Shown here one piece after another: positions 12,348-27,110 of a stretch of 64,000 nt of DNA; within the stretch, counting starts at the first letter, position 1, and each line of letters begins with the position of its first letter. A program made the position numbers and the translations under genes. The DNA comes from Dictyostelium discoideum. Taxonomy: Eukaryota. Location: NCBI GenBank assembly GCA_000004695.1, contig CM000153.2, forward strand, positions 1,952,001 through 2,016,000, in the 5' to 3' direction. Under the pieces are notes generated by a model. It did not search any database. It was not told where the DNA came from and worked only from the letters and a program-made list of their open reading frames with translations.

Positions 12348-12945
12348 CATAAATCTATATTAATATTTTTATTTTTATTTTTTTTTAATTTTATTCTTTT
12401 TAATTTTATTAGTAACAATTGATGATGTATTTACAGAAGAAGAATGTAAAGAATGGATTGATTTAACAGAAAAAACAGGTTATGAACCAGCGTTAGTAAA
12501 TATTGGATATGGACAACAACAATTAATGACAGATATTAGAAATAATGATAGATGTATTATTGATAGTGTAGAAATGGCAGATAAAATTTATCAGAGGGTA
12601 AAAAAATTTATTCCTCATACGTTTAATCAGAAATGGGAAGTTGTATCATTAAATGAGAGATTAAGATTTTTAAGATATTATGTTGGTCAAGAATTTAAAA
12701 AACATCAAGATGGTAATTATAAACGTAATAATGGTGAAACCTCTTTCATTACGTTGCAGCTTTATTTAAATAATGTGGAAGAGGGAGGTTCAACAAAATT
12801 CTTTTTAAAATCTGGCCAGAATGAAATTGAAATTATTCCAAAACCTGGAAAAGTTTTACTATTCCAACATAATATTTGGCACCAAGGTTCTCCTGTCACA
12901 AAAGGTGTAAAATATGTTATTAGAACTGATGTTATGTATGATTAA
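12242..12945 (+). CDS. 2-oxoglutarate/Fe(II)-dependent oxygenase, prolyl-4-hydroxylase (P4Hc)-type; 2 exons: 12242..12305, 12413..12945 (about 199 aa)
   Basis: Exon 1 is MNRELKAVDVLECIPNNKLFA with a GTATGT donor. The acceptor ttttattag| leads into TIDDVFTEEECKEWIDL… The HxD…H facial triad and basic residue are present (KKHQDGNY … NIWHQGSPVTKGVKYVIRTDV), and the core …TLQLYLNNVEEGGSTKFF is typical of P4Hc. Confidence 0.6.
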
Positions 12946-13078
12946 AATTTTATTTTTAATAATTTATTTTATTTGAATAGTTTAAATAAATAATTTAATT
13001 ATTTAATTTAAATAGTTTAAATATAAAAATAAAAAAAATAAAAAACCTCCTACAAAATTTCACCCCCAAACATTTCAG

Positions 13079-13135
<57 letters not shown>

Positions 13136-13234
13136 CTTCAAAATTTTTATTTGGTTTTTTTTTTTTTTTTTAAATGAAAAATATTGAATTGTTTGAAAAA
13201 AAAAAAAAAAAAGAATAATAAAAAAAAAAAAACG

Positions 13235-14523
13235 ATGTATCAGGGAAAAGGAACTTATTTAGAAAATTATTTGGATTGTATGTACATTTAAAACATATCA
13301 ATATTTAATATTATTTTAAACTACCATAATGGTAGTATTGAACACTTTTTAACTCTTTTTTTTTTTTTTTTCACACAATTTTTTTTTTTTCAAAAACTTC
13401 CCCAACCTGCTTTTTTTTTTTTTTAATTTTATTTTTTTAATTTTATTTTTTTAATTTTATTTTTTTAATTTTATTTTTTTAATTTTATTTTTTTAATTTT
13501 TTTTTTTTTTTTTTAAAATTGGGGATAAAATGAAAATATCTTAGCAATTTCAACATTGCCATCAGAATTGGGTAGAAATTTCGCATTAATCAGAGAATTA
13601 GATTATAGAACATCAGATTTAGTTGAAAAAATAGAAAAATTAAAATCCAATTTATTGGTTACAACAAATGGAACAAGAAGAGCAGTACATGAATTAACAG
13701 ATGAAAGAGCATCAAAACATATTAAATTAGAGATGAAACAAGTGATTGAATACTCTGATGAAAAGGTAGAATTATCAAATCAAACCTATGAACTCATAGA
13801 TAAACATATTAGAAAATTAGATATAGATTTAAAAAAGTTTGAAACTGAATTAGAAAGTGCAGAAGAAGAGAAAAAGAAAAAGAAATCAAAACAATCACAG
13901 AATAATAGTACTGTAGAATCATCAACTACATCATCATCATCATCATCCTCCTCCTCCTCATTATCATTATCATCATCAACTAATAACACATCATCATTGA
14001 ATTCAAGTAGTGGCGGTGGCGGTGGTGGAAGTGGCGGTGGCGGTGGTGGAGGAGGACATTCAAGCCACTCAACAGGTAATAAAAAAGGTAAAGCTAGAGA
14101 TTCACTAACTAGTTCTTCATCAAGTGGAAACATAAATGGTATGTCGTCATCTTCATCGTCGTCATCTTCATCATCATCTTTGTCAAGTAGAAAACAAAAA
14201 TCAATGGCAGCACAAGATATAGCTTCTATCACTGGAAATAATGGTGACGCAGATGTGAGAGTTTTCAATGCAAATCCAAATGATTTAGATTTAGCAATTG
14301 ATCCAAATGAACCAACCTATTGCTTTTGTAATAGAGTTTCTTTTGGTGAAATGGTTGGTTGTGAAAATCCTGATTGTAAAATTGAATGGTTTCATTTTGA
14401 ATGTGTTGGTTTAACTTCAACACCAAAAGGAAAATGGTATTGCCCTGACGTAAGTATTATTTTAAATATTAAATATTTCATTTATTAATTTTAGAAATAT
14501 AAAAATTTAAAACTAATATCTCA

Positions 14524-14577
<54 letters not shown>

Positions 14578-14608
14578 AAAGTGTACAAGAATAAAAGTAA
14601 AAAAATAA
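13235..14608 (+). CDS. ING (inhibitor of growth) family PHD-finger protein; exons 13235..13277, 13545..14449, probable tiny terminal exon 14582..14608
   Basis: Exon 1 is [14 protein letters not shown] with a GTATGT donor. Spliced to exon 2 it gives …[32 protein letters not shown]…, the ING N-terminal LZL/NCR motif (YlEdYLdsIesLP.eLqRNf.LmRElD). The C-terminus has an ING-type PHD: [44 protein letters not shown] with a GTAAGT donor. The last Cys of the C4HC3 must come from a downstream exon. The best candidate, ttaaag|TGTACAAGAATAAAAGTAAAAAAATAA (C-TRIKVKK*, polybasic tail), is plausible but preceded by poly(A). The middle is a Ser/Gly homopolymer region. Confidence 0.7.
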
Positions 14609-15210
14609 ATATTTGTAAATATATAAAAAAATCTTTATTTATTATTATTTTTTTTTTTATAATAATAATAAATAAAAATATTATTATAATAATATTTTTA
14701 TTTAATTTTTTTTATTATTAGAATTGATCAATTATCTAAATTTGGATAAATTGGAAAAAAAAACCCTTTGGATGACTTATGGGGAAATATATATTTTTTT
14801 TTTTTGGTTTTGATAAAATTATTTCTTAATTTAGAAATTTTTAAAATCATAAAAAAAATATATTTAAAAATTTAATAAAAAAAGTATTTAAAGAGTTGAT
14901 TTTTTTCTTTTTTTTTTTTTTCATAGTTTGTTTTTTTTAATAATAATAATAATAATAAAATAAATTATACAAATACAAGATTCAAAAAAGAAATAGTAAA
15001 ATGAAAATTTTTAATTTTTTAGACAAAAGTAATTATTTAATTATTTTTTTATTTTTTAATTATTTTTTTTTTTTTTGAAGATTATAAAATTTATTAATTT
15101 ATTTATTTATTTATTTAGGTGAAAATCAATTTAAAAATACAATTGAAAATAATACAATTGTAAAATCAATTGGATTTGATATAAATCAAATCAATGCAAC
15201 AGTTAATTCA

Positions 15211-15573
15211 ATGGTTAACAAGGGTAGTAATCATGTTTTATTGGTAAAATGGGACATTGAAGGAATTAAAATTAGATTGGATGAAAATGATCAAAAAAGA
15301 AATAGTATTGAAACTTTGAGGGCCTCTGTTACAAATTTCATTTCAACTCATTCCGGAAAAGATGTTGGTGAAAGTGGTGAATCAGTTTACTCTTTCCATT
15401 CACACAAGGATATGATGGACTGTTTGTTACGTTTGAAGCGTGAATATGGTTGGTTATGTTTCTCCGATCGTGCTGAACATGGCATTCGTCATCCAGTTGT
15501 TCATTGGGTTGGAATAATGAAAATGGAAAATAGCCATGAAATTTTTGACATGACCGATTTCAACTATTATTAA
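15211..15573 (+). CDS. Hypothetical protein (120-aa ORF; frame open upstream to a possible acceptor at about 15118, so it may be a 3' exon)
   Basis: ORF …VKWDIEGIKIRLDEND…SVYSFHSHKDMMDCLLRLKREYGWLCFSDRAEHGIRHPVVHWVGIMKMENSHEIFDMTDFNYY*. Local GC is clearly above background and codon choice (TTC, TCC, CGT, GGC) is typical of expressed dictyostelid genes. I do not recognise the family. Confidence 0.45.
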   Translation: MVNKGSNHVLLVKWDIEGIKIRLDENDQKRNSIETLRASVTNFISTHSGKDVGESGESVYSFHSHKDMMDCLLRLKREYGWLCFSDRAEHGIRHPVVHWVGIMKMENSHEIFDMTDFNYY

Positions 15574-16065
15574 ACTATGTATACTTTATAAATGGAATAC
15601 ATAAAATAAAAATTAAAAGTAGAATAAAGTTATGTTTTTAAATTCCTTTTATAATTTTGTTTTTTTACACTTTTACTTTTTTTTTTTTTTTTTTTTTCTC
15701 TTTTTTTCTTTTTTTTTTAATTTTTTTTTTTTAATTTTTTTTAATTTTTTTTAATTTTTATTTAATTTTTTTTATAATTTTTTTTTTTTAAATTAAAAAT
15801 TTTCAACTTCACTTTTTTTTTTTTTTATTATTTTCATCACTTTTTGTTTTTTTTTTTCCCATATTATTTTTTTATTTTATTTATTTAATTTCACAACAAA
15901 TTCATTCATTTTTTATTTTTTTTTCAAATTTATATATTTATATTTTCATTTTTTTTTTTTTTCATTTTTTTTTTATCTATTGTTTATTAATAAATTGTAT
16001 TTGTAAATAGTTTTTTTTTTTATTTTTTTTTTATTTAAATATATAAACATAAATAAAATTAAAAA

Positions 16066-17603
<1,538 letters not shown>

Positions 17604-17929
17604 AAAAAAAAAAAAAATAATAATAAAAAATAAAAATTATAACAATAGTAATAAAACCTTTTAAATAATAATAATAATAAATTTTAAATAAATAAATAAA
17701 AAATAAAATAAATGTATTAAAGTTAAATTTCTATGTATTTTTTTTTTTATTTTTTTTTTTAAAAATCTATTTTTTAAAAAATTATATATTCCCTGTTTTT
17801 CAAAATAAAAAAACAATCAATAATTAAATTGTAAAAATAAACTTTTTTTGATTTAAAAAAAAAAAAGAATGATGATAGGATCCATATCAACCAATCTTTT
17901 TGAAAATGCACCATTTAAATAAAATTTAT

Positions 17930-17968
<39 letters not shown>

Positions 17969-18517
17969 CATTTTTGGCAATTAATTGTTTTTAATATTAA
18001 TCTAGTATAGATACAGAATCAAATCAATACCCAATCAGGGCGGAACCATTCCAAATAATGAGCTGTCAGGTTCAACACCAAAGATTATTTTTTGTTGGAT
18101 AGTCAATATTCAAATATCGTTTATCTTGTCTCAGCAGAATTGGATATCCGATATTGCCCTAATCTTTTTAATGATAAAAAATGGTCATAATTTGTATTCT
18201 ATATATTGACAACATATTATTAGAGAGATTGGTTAAATATACCTCAATCGTGTTCAAATACAACCATAGAAATGGTTTTGTCACTTGTGATTTCACTACT
18301 TAAAAACTAAATGTTGTTGGATATAAATTTTATTTGACTGCTTAATCAAATTTAAAATAAAAATAAAAATAAAATAAACGTTTTTGAATCCACTTTAGAA
18401 TTATCTTTTTTATTCTTTTTTATTTTCAATATTATTTATCTTTTTTATTTTATTTTGTTTTATTTTATTTTCTTTTTTCTTTTTTACATTTCTTTAATCT
18501 ATTTTAATTAATTGGCA

Positions 18518-18684
18518 AAGATGTTGCTATGGGAAAAAATTATTGAGGCTGCCAAATTGTTTTTTTTATGACAACCAAATTTGTATGGGAAAAATTCGGC
18601 AGACCTTCTTTTTTACGCTATCATGATTTTTTATTGGTAATAAAAAAATTTGTATGGGAAAAAATTATTGAGGCTGCCGAATTT
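18518..18684. repeat. Three copies (about 65-bp spacing) of a 30-35-bp motif TTG(C)TATGGGAAAAAATTATTGAGGCTGCC(A/G)AAT in the PSMC3-ERCC4 intergenic region
   Basis: Copies lie at about 18518-18555, 18581-18612 (internally rearranged: …GGGAAAAATTCGGCAGACC, which contains the reverse complement of GCTGCCGAATT) and 18647-18684. A neighbouring GC-richer non-coding island lies at 18000-18360. ORF 18568..18771 is a translation of the repeat. Confidence 0.6.
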
Positions 18685-18881
18685 CCAATTTTTTTTTATT
18701 TTTTTTTTTTTAATTTTCATTCCATTTTTATTTTTAGTTTTATTTTTTTTAATTACAAATTTGAATTTTAATTTTTAAATAATTATGGCACATCAAAAAA
18801 AAAAAAAATTAATTCTCAACCATGGTACAACAAAATAAAAAATTAAAGTCTCAACAAAACAATTTTAAAATAATAACTTTT

Positions 18882-18924
<43 letters not shown>

Positions 18925-19074
18925 AAATTTAAAACATTCATATTTTTATATTTTTTAGGGCTACATTATTTATTTATTAATTAATCTATACTAAATTCTT
19001 AATAAAAATAAATAAAATTTAATAATTCTTATAAATAAAATAAAATAAAAAAAAATAAAATAAAAATGAAAATA

Positions 19075-19118
<44 letters not shown>

Positions 19119-19160
19119 TATTTTTTTTTATTTTTATTTTTTTCACAAAATAAATAACTA

Positions 19161-19620
19161 ATGTCATTAGAATTTTATAAACAAATATTTGAAGATTGTT
19201 TAAATGATGATGGATTAGTTGTAATGGGTAGTGGATTAGGAATCCATAATATAATATTAGGATTTTTAAAGTTTTATTCAGATACAGATGATTTGGTATT
19301 GTTTTTAGATTGTCAATCCAATGAATCACTTCAAAATTCATACCTCTTTTATCATGAACGTTTATTAAATTTTGGTATCAAATATTCAAATTTACCAACA
19401 ATGGTAAATGTAGAAACTGTTTCAAGTTCAACAAAAACAAATATGTATTCAAAAGGTGGTGTTTATTTTGGTGCCTCTTCAATATTTGTTTTAGATTATC
19501 TTACAAAAAGAATGCCTTGTAATTTAGTTTCTGGTATTATCATTCAAAATGCTCATCGTATAACTGATACTTCAATAGAATATTTATTAATTAAATTATT
19601 TAGACAAAATAATAAAGTAA

Positions 19621-19660
<40 letters not shown>

Positions 19661-22139
19661 GTTATTAATTTTAAAATAAAAAAAAAAAAAAAAAAAAAAG
19701 AAAGGATTTATTAAAGCATTTACAACAGAACCAAGTTTATTAGTTGATGAAATTGGTAAATTACAAAGAACTATGAAGTATTTACATTTAAAGAAATTAT
19801 TTTTATGGCCAAGATTTCATCAACATATATCATTGATTTTAGATAAACATCCACCAGATTTAGTTGAATTATCAATTGGTATGACAAATTCAATGAAAAG
19901 AATCGAAGAATCATTACATTTAAATACACAACGTTGTATATCATCATTGATTGCAATTAATAAATTACCAAGATTAAATGGTGGAAATGGTGGCAATGAC
20001 TCAGATTCATTTGAACAGATTTTAAAACAACAATTAAAACCAATGTGGTCAAAATTAAATTTACATTCAAAACAATTAGTATCAAGTATAAAACTATTGA
20101 ATCAATTAAAGAATAATCTATTAGTTTATGATTGTGTTACATTTTATAGTTTATTACTTTATATTCAAGCATCTTCAGATTCATTAAAGGAAGGTTTACA
20201 TACAAATTCAAACTATGTTGATGAAGTTCAACCTTGGTTAGAATCAAAAGAAGCTCAAAATTTATTTTCTGCTTCTCAAGAAAGAGTTTATAGATTTAAA
20301 AAATTAAATAGTTTAAAAAGTCCACCAAAAAAATTAAAAACTATAAATAATGATAGTAGTAGCAGTAGTAGTAGTAGTAATCTTGAAAAAATATTAACAT
20401 TAGAAGATAACCCAAAATGGAATGTGCTATATCAAATATTACAAGAAATTGAGGAGGATAAAGAAAAACAAGGTACAATTTTAATATTTGTAAAAGATGA
20501 AACAACAGTTAATCAACTTAGTACATATTTGGATTATGGTGGTTATAGTTTTTTATTAGGAAAATATGAAAAATTATGTAGTAATCAACAATATTTAGAT
20601 GAACTTAGAAAAAAAAAAGAAGAAAATAATAATAATAATAATAGTAATAATAATAATAACAATAATAATAACAATAATAATAATAATAGTGTTAAATCTT
20701 TATCATCTAATGATAATGGTGGTTATTCAAGATATCGTAGAACAAAGAATTTTAAAGATAATAGAAAACAACAAATTATTGAAACATCTAAAAAGAAAAA
20801 AGGTAAAGGTGGTACAAATGATCAAAATTTATTTAATATGGGTATACAATTAGTTGATGGTCATAATAAATTAAATATACCAAATCCTAAATTTATAAAT
20901 CAAGATGGAAGTGGTGGTGGTGGTGATAATGGTGATGAAAATAATAATAACAATAATAATTTAAATATTAATGATGGATTAACAATTGCATCAATGAATG
21001 AAGAAATTAATGGATTAAATGATTTTTATGAATTATTATCACCACCTTATATTGTAATACATCCAATTAGTAAATCGTTAACGATTTTAGATGAAATTAG
21101 ACCAACTTTTATAATTGTTTATGATCCAGATATTTCAATCACTAGACAAATCGAAGTTTATAAAGCAGAGAATCCAGGCACACCAGTTAGATTATATTTT
21201 ATGACATATTCAGATTCATCGGAAGAGTATCAATATATTTCAAAATTACAAAGAGAGAAATCTTCATTTGAAAAATTAATTAGAGAGAAAACAAATTTAA
21301 TCATTGATACTGAACAAGAAGGTAAGATTCAATTGGTTGATAATAGTAAGTTAGAGTTATTGGATGATATGAAATCAACACGTAATTCAAGATTGGGTGG
21401 TTTAATGAAAAACTTTGATTCAATACAACAACAACAACAACAACAACAACAAAAAAAGACTATAATTATTGATAGTCATGAATTTAAATCAAGTTTACCT
21501 GTGGTTTTACATAATAATGGTTATGAAATTATACCATTACGTTTGGAAGTTGGCGATTTCGTTTTATCACCAATACATTGTATAGAAAGAAAATCAGTTT
21601 CAGATTTAATTGGTTCATTCAATTCTGGTCGTTTATTCACCCAAATCGAAGCAATGAATCGTATCTATAAAAATCCAATACTATTAATTGAATTTGATCC
21701 AAATCAACCATTTTATTTAGTTGCACCAGATGAATTACAAAAGGATTATTTATCACCTTTTTCACTACCAAGTAAATTGGTATTCCTTACTAAAACATTT
21801 CCAAGATTACGTGTTATTTGGTCAAGAAGTTATTATTGTACAACTAAAATTTATGATCAAATTAAAGATGGTTATCCTGAACCTGATCCTTCAATGGTAA
21901 ATGTAATACCAGAGGTTAACGATGATCAGAATTATAATTTCAATGCTCAAGATGTACTTCGTACAATGCCTGGTGTAAATGATAAAAACATTAATTTAAT
22001 TATGGATAATGTTGATGATCTTTATCATCTTTCAAAATTATCATTATCAGAATTTTCAACAATTATGAATGATTCAGTAAATAATAATAAGAATGCAACA
22101 TTGTTATTTAATTTCTTTAATAATCAATTAAATCAATAA
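19161..22139 (+). CDS. ercc4: DNA repair endonuclease XPF / ERCC4 (Rad1) homologue; 2 exons: 19161..19616, 19701..22139 (about 964 aa)
   Basis: N-terminus MSLEFYKQIFEDCLNDDGLVVMGSGLG…GGVYFGASSIFVLDYLTKRMPCNLVSGIIIQNAHRI…LFRQNNK|KGFIKAFTTEPSLLVDEIGKLQRTMKYLHLKKLFLWPRFH… parallels the human XPF helicase-like domain ([20 protein letters not shown]…RLFRQKNKRGFIKAFTDN…LYLWPRFH). The ERCC4 nuclease motif is …IIIDSHEFKSSLPVVLHNNGYEIIPLRLEVGDFVLSP…ERKSVSDLIGSFNSGRLFTQ (human: [60 protein letters not shown]). A C-terminal HhH region follows. The intron (GTAAAT … aaaaag|) is 84 nt and is largely poly(A). Confidence 0.85.
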
Positions 22140-22148
22140 TAATAATTA

Positions 22149-22184
<36 letters not shown>

Positions 22185-22365
22185 TCTAAAAATAATAATC
22201 CAAAAATAATTTTTGTTTTATTTTAAATTTCCCAAAAAAAAAAAAATATTTTGCACAATAAAAATAAAATTTCTTTTTTAACTTTTCATTTTTTCATTTT
22301 ATTTTTTTTTTTTTTTTTTCTTTTATAAAATAAAAATATAAACCATATACAATTACATTTAGAGA

Positions 22366-23576
22366 ATGTCATTTAATGAAATTACATTTAATGACTTATC
22401 AAATACAATTTATAATGTTTTAAATAAATATAAAAATGAATTAGAAAATAGTGATTCAACCAAAAACAATAGTGATGAAGTTGGTTTAATTTTATCAAAT
22501 AAAAATACTTTAATGAAATTATTAGAAGAGGATGATATAAATGAAAATGATACTTTTTTTATTGAGGACCCAAGTGTATGTATTTCATTTTATTTTTTTT
22601 TAATGCATTCATTCCTTTACTACCATTATTTATACTAACAACAATAATACACATCGTCATTATTGTATTACAATATTTAAAGTGTAAAGATATATTTAAC
22701 TATAAAAATGCATCTTTTTTTTATGAACAATTAAAAAGTGGTAATTTTTATTATCCACCTAAACCTCATCATAAACATATATCATTAGTATTAATGGCAT
22801 GGGCTTCAATTTCTAAATTCCCAATTCAATTCAATCCACTATATGGTTTACGTGAAGTTGTTAAAAGTGAACAAGAAAAAGATAATATTACATTTATAAA
22901 AAATGATAATAATAATAATAGTAATAATAATAATGTAGAACAAAAAGAACAAGAACAAGAACAAGAACAAAAAGAACAAGAAAAAGAAGAAGAAAAAGAA
23001 GATACTCAAAAAGTTGAAATGAAATATTTTGAAAATTTGAATGAAAAAGTTGTATTATTTTTAAATGAAAATTGGAACAATAACGAAAAGATTATGGAAA
23101 ATGAAGAAAAAAAGAATCAATTTATATTTGAATTTTTTAAAAATCTTTCAAATAGAAATTTATTAACAATGTTTGGTATTAGAAAAACCAAATTATCATT
23201 GGATACAATATTATTACCAGGACCAATTCAATTAATAAAGAGTAGTAATTTATTACATTCACCACCACCTGCAACTAGTAAATTAACAGTATCATCAAGA
23301 GCATTATCAAAACATGGTATTCGTTCAAAAGATTCTTTTTGGGGATCTGATAAAGGTCCTGAATTGGTAAAGAATAAACGTTCAGAGGCTGTTTTAATTA
23401 AAATTCTAAAAGAACCAACTTGGATCAACATTCATTTATTACCTCATGATATTAAAATATTAGAAATTAGAAATCAACAAGGTTATGGTTTAAGATGGAC
23501 TGCTGATGGATGTTTTTTTAGGGGTTTCTTAGAACCTCAAATGGAAGGTGGTCATGAAATTGGTTGGAGACATTAA
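22366..23576 (+). CDS. Hypothetical protein with acidic and N/Q/E-rich low-complexity middle; 2 exons: 22366..22575, 22683..23576
   Basis: Exon 1 (MSFNEITFNDLSNTIYNVLNKYK…FFIEDPS) ends at a GTATGT donor. The acceptor tatttaaag| joins in phase 0 to CKDIFNYKNASFFYEQLKSGNFYYPPKPHHKHISLVLMAWASISKF… The C-terminal 130 aa (…ALSKHGIRSKDSFWGSDKGPELVKNKRSEAVLIKIL…GYGLRWTADGCFFRGFLEP…) is non-repetitive and looks domain-like, but I cannot place it. Confidence 0.55.
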
Positions 23577-23692
23577 TCAATTTATACTACAACTACAATC
23601 CTTTTTTTTTTTAAAAAAAAAAATATACAATTTTATTTACATTGACTACATTATCGCAATCATTAATATTATTATTATTATTATTATAAATA

Positions 23693-24749
<1,057 letters not shown>

Positions 24750-24800
24750 TTAAAAAATGAAAAAAATGAAAAAAAGTAAACACATCCGTTGAACATTACA

Positions 24801-24831
<31 letters not shown>

Positions 24832-24887
24832 ATAAAATTTGTCCTATGAACATTTTGTTTTATTTATAGCTAACACTCATAAATATA

Positions 24888-25235
24888 ATGATAATTAATA
24901 ATTATTTAATAATATTTGGATATTATACTTCAATAACTTTTTGGGTTATTTCAATTTTAATTTACATTTTAAAGATATTTAATGATGATTTTGGTACTTT
25001 CACCTCTTATGGAAAATTAAAATTTGGTTTAAATAGTAAAGAAAAAAAGGAAAATAAGAACAAAATTAATGATAATGAACAAAATTCTATAACTTCAATT
25101 TTAAATTTATTCTTTTTAGATAAAGAAATAATAGATACAAAACAAGCATGGATGCTTTTTTATACAGTTTTATTAGTTTTATCAAATTTATTCTTTTTTA
25201 TTTTATCGGAGTATTTATTTATTTTATTCATTCAT

Positions 25236-25282
<47 letters not shown>

Positions 25283-26185
25283 TCTATTATTTATTTATTT
25301 ATTTAAAAATAATAATTTCATATTAATATTTTAATTAAATTTTAGGGAAAATGATAAAAGTACATCAACACAAATTTTATTTATTTTATTTTTCATTCAA
25401 GCTGGGAGAAGATTATATGAAACTCATTTCATTCAAAAGCATAGAAAATCAGATATGAATTTATTATTATTTATTTCAGGTTTATGTTATTATATATTTT
25501 TAACATTATCAGCATTCACTGAAACAATTTATAAAATTAATCATTCAAAATCTGAAACTATATCAATTAATATTTTCAATTTATTATTATCACTTTTATT
25601 ATTTTCAATTGGTTCTTTTGAACAATTTAAATCACATGAAATTTTATCATTAATTAGAAGCAATAAAACAAATTTGTCCTCTTCCTCCACAACCAGAACC
25701 ACCACCACTACTAATAAAAATAAAACTAAAAATAATATTTTAAATAATATTATGGGTTTTGAAGTTGATGATAGTAGTGATGAAGATGATAATGATAATG
25801 ATAATATTCAAAATAAGAATTTTGATGATAAAATTGAATATAAAACAACACCTTCTACAAAATATGAAATACCAAACGGTAGATTATATCAATATGTATC
25901 ATCACCTCATTACTTATCAGAGATTTTAATTTATTTTTCTTTTTTGATTTTAACTAATTTCAAATTGAACTCTTTAATGTAAGTTTTTTTTTTTTTTTTT
26001 CCAAATTAAAAATATTACTTTTTTTACAATTTATTTACCAACCATTAAACATTTTCTATAGATTAAACTTTATTTTCACATCTCTAAATTTAATTCATAG
26101 ATCATTTCAAACTCACAAATGGTATAAATCAAAGTTTTCAAAATATCCAAAATCTAGAAAGGCTATTATTCCTTTTTTATTTTAA
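24888..26185 (+). CDS. Polyprenol reductase / steroid 5-alpha-reductase family 3 (SRD5A3 / Dfg10-like); 3 exons: 24888..25210, 25346..25978, 26062..26185 (about 359 aa)
   Basis: Multi-TM protein. The C-terminal block …YEIPNGRLYQYVSSPHYLSEILIYFSFLILTNFKLNSL|ILNFIFTSLNLIHRSFQTHKWYKSKFSKYPKSRKAIIPFLF* matches the 3-oxo-5-alpha-steroid 4-dehydrogenase C-terminal domain (human SRD5A3: …[22 protein letters not shown]…[23 protein letters not shown]). Donors are GTATTT (weak) and GTAAGT. Acceptors are aaattttag| and ttctatag|. Intron 1 contains (TTTA)n. Confidence 0.8.
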
Positions 26186-26560
26186 ATAAATTAAAAAAAA
26201 AACCATATGGTGCTTGTAAAAAATACATATATGAAAGGAAATTCTTTAATTCTGTCTTATTATAATTTATTCCATTTTTTAAGATTTATTAAGTTTGGAT
26301 ATTCTTTTTTTTTTTTCTTTTTTTTTCATTTTATTTTATTTTTTTTTTTTTTACCATGAATTGATTTATTTTTAATATTAAAAATAAAAAATAGATCACC
26401 CAAAAATACACAAAATGATATATAAATAAAAATATTTTTTTTTTTTTTTTTTTTTTTTTTAAAGCGTCAGATTTGGTTTTTATTAAAAGTTTTTTCTTTT
26501 TTTATTTTAATTTTTTTTATTTTTTTCAAAAACAAACACACACAGAAATTAAATGTAATA

Positions 26561-26800
26561 ATGGATAAATATAAATCAATAAATGAAAAATTAGATATAA
26601 AAATTGAAGAAGATGAAGAAAATGATATAGGTTTTAAAGAAGAAAGATATAATAGTCAACAAGAAGATGAACAATTAAAAAAAGATCTCACAATTTGTGA
26701 AAGGTTTGGTGTAGATAGTTGTCTCATTTCAAGAATTATCATTTTCGTTGTTATTTTTTCATGGATTATCTTTATATTTTACATATCATTATTTGAATAA
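26561..26800 (+). CDS. Possible small tail-anchored membrane protein (79 aa)
   Basis: ORF with an acidic N-terminal half and a single C-terminal hydrophobic helix ([21 protein letters not shown]). There is no homology I can name. It could be non-coding. Confidence 0.3.
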
Positions 26801-27110
26801 TAGAAACATCAAACAAACCATTTTAATTAAAACTAGAATAGTCAAAGTTAATAAGGAAATCAATTTCACCACCCCCCAATTAACACCTTCTATAAATTAT
26901 TTAATCACTGCTATTATGTAAATAAATATAATACATAAACAAATATAAATATAAATAATAAATTATTTACCTTCAATATTTATAATATAATATCGAATAG
27001 GAATAAATAATTAATTTATAAATTATTATATTCATTTAAAAATAAATAAATAAATAAATAAATAAAATTTTACAAAGTTATATTTGTTTTTTTTTTATTT
27101 ATTTTATTAC

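Noticed and set aside
13786-14268. 160-aa minus-strand ORF (poly-P, poly-D/E)
   Set aside because: Antisense of the Ser/Gly-rich middle of the ING gene. Mirror-image low complexity.
18000-18360. Possible tRNA or small ncRNA in the GC-normal island
   Set aside because: No cloverleaf-compatible sequence (no GTTCGA/TΨC-loop, no A/B box spacing) and no dictyostelid class-I RNA motif found by eye. Left as an unexplained island (see findings).
18568-18771. 67-aa ORF containing KFVWEKIIEAA twice
   Set aside because: Translation of the repeated intergenic motif (see repeat feature).
20599-20853. 84-aa plus-strand ORF (poly-I) inside ercc4
   Set aside because: Alternative frame through the AAT/AAC asparagine-coding repeat of ercc4.
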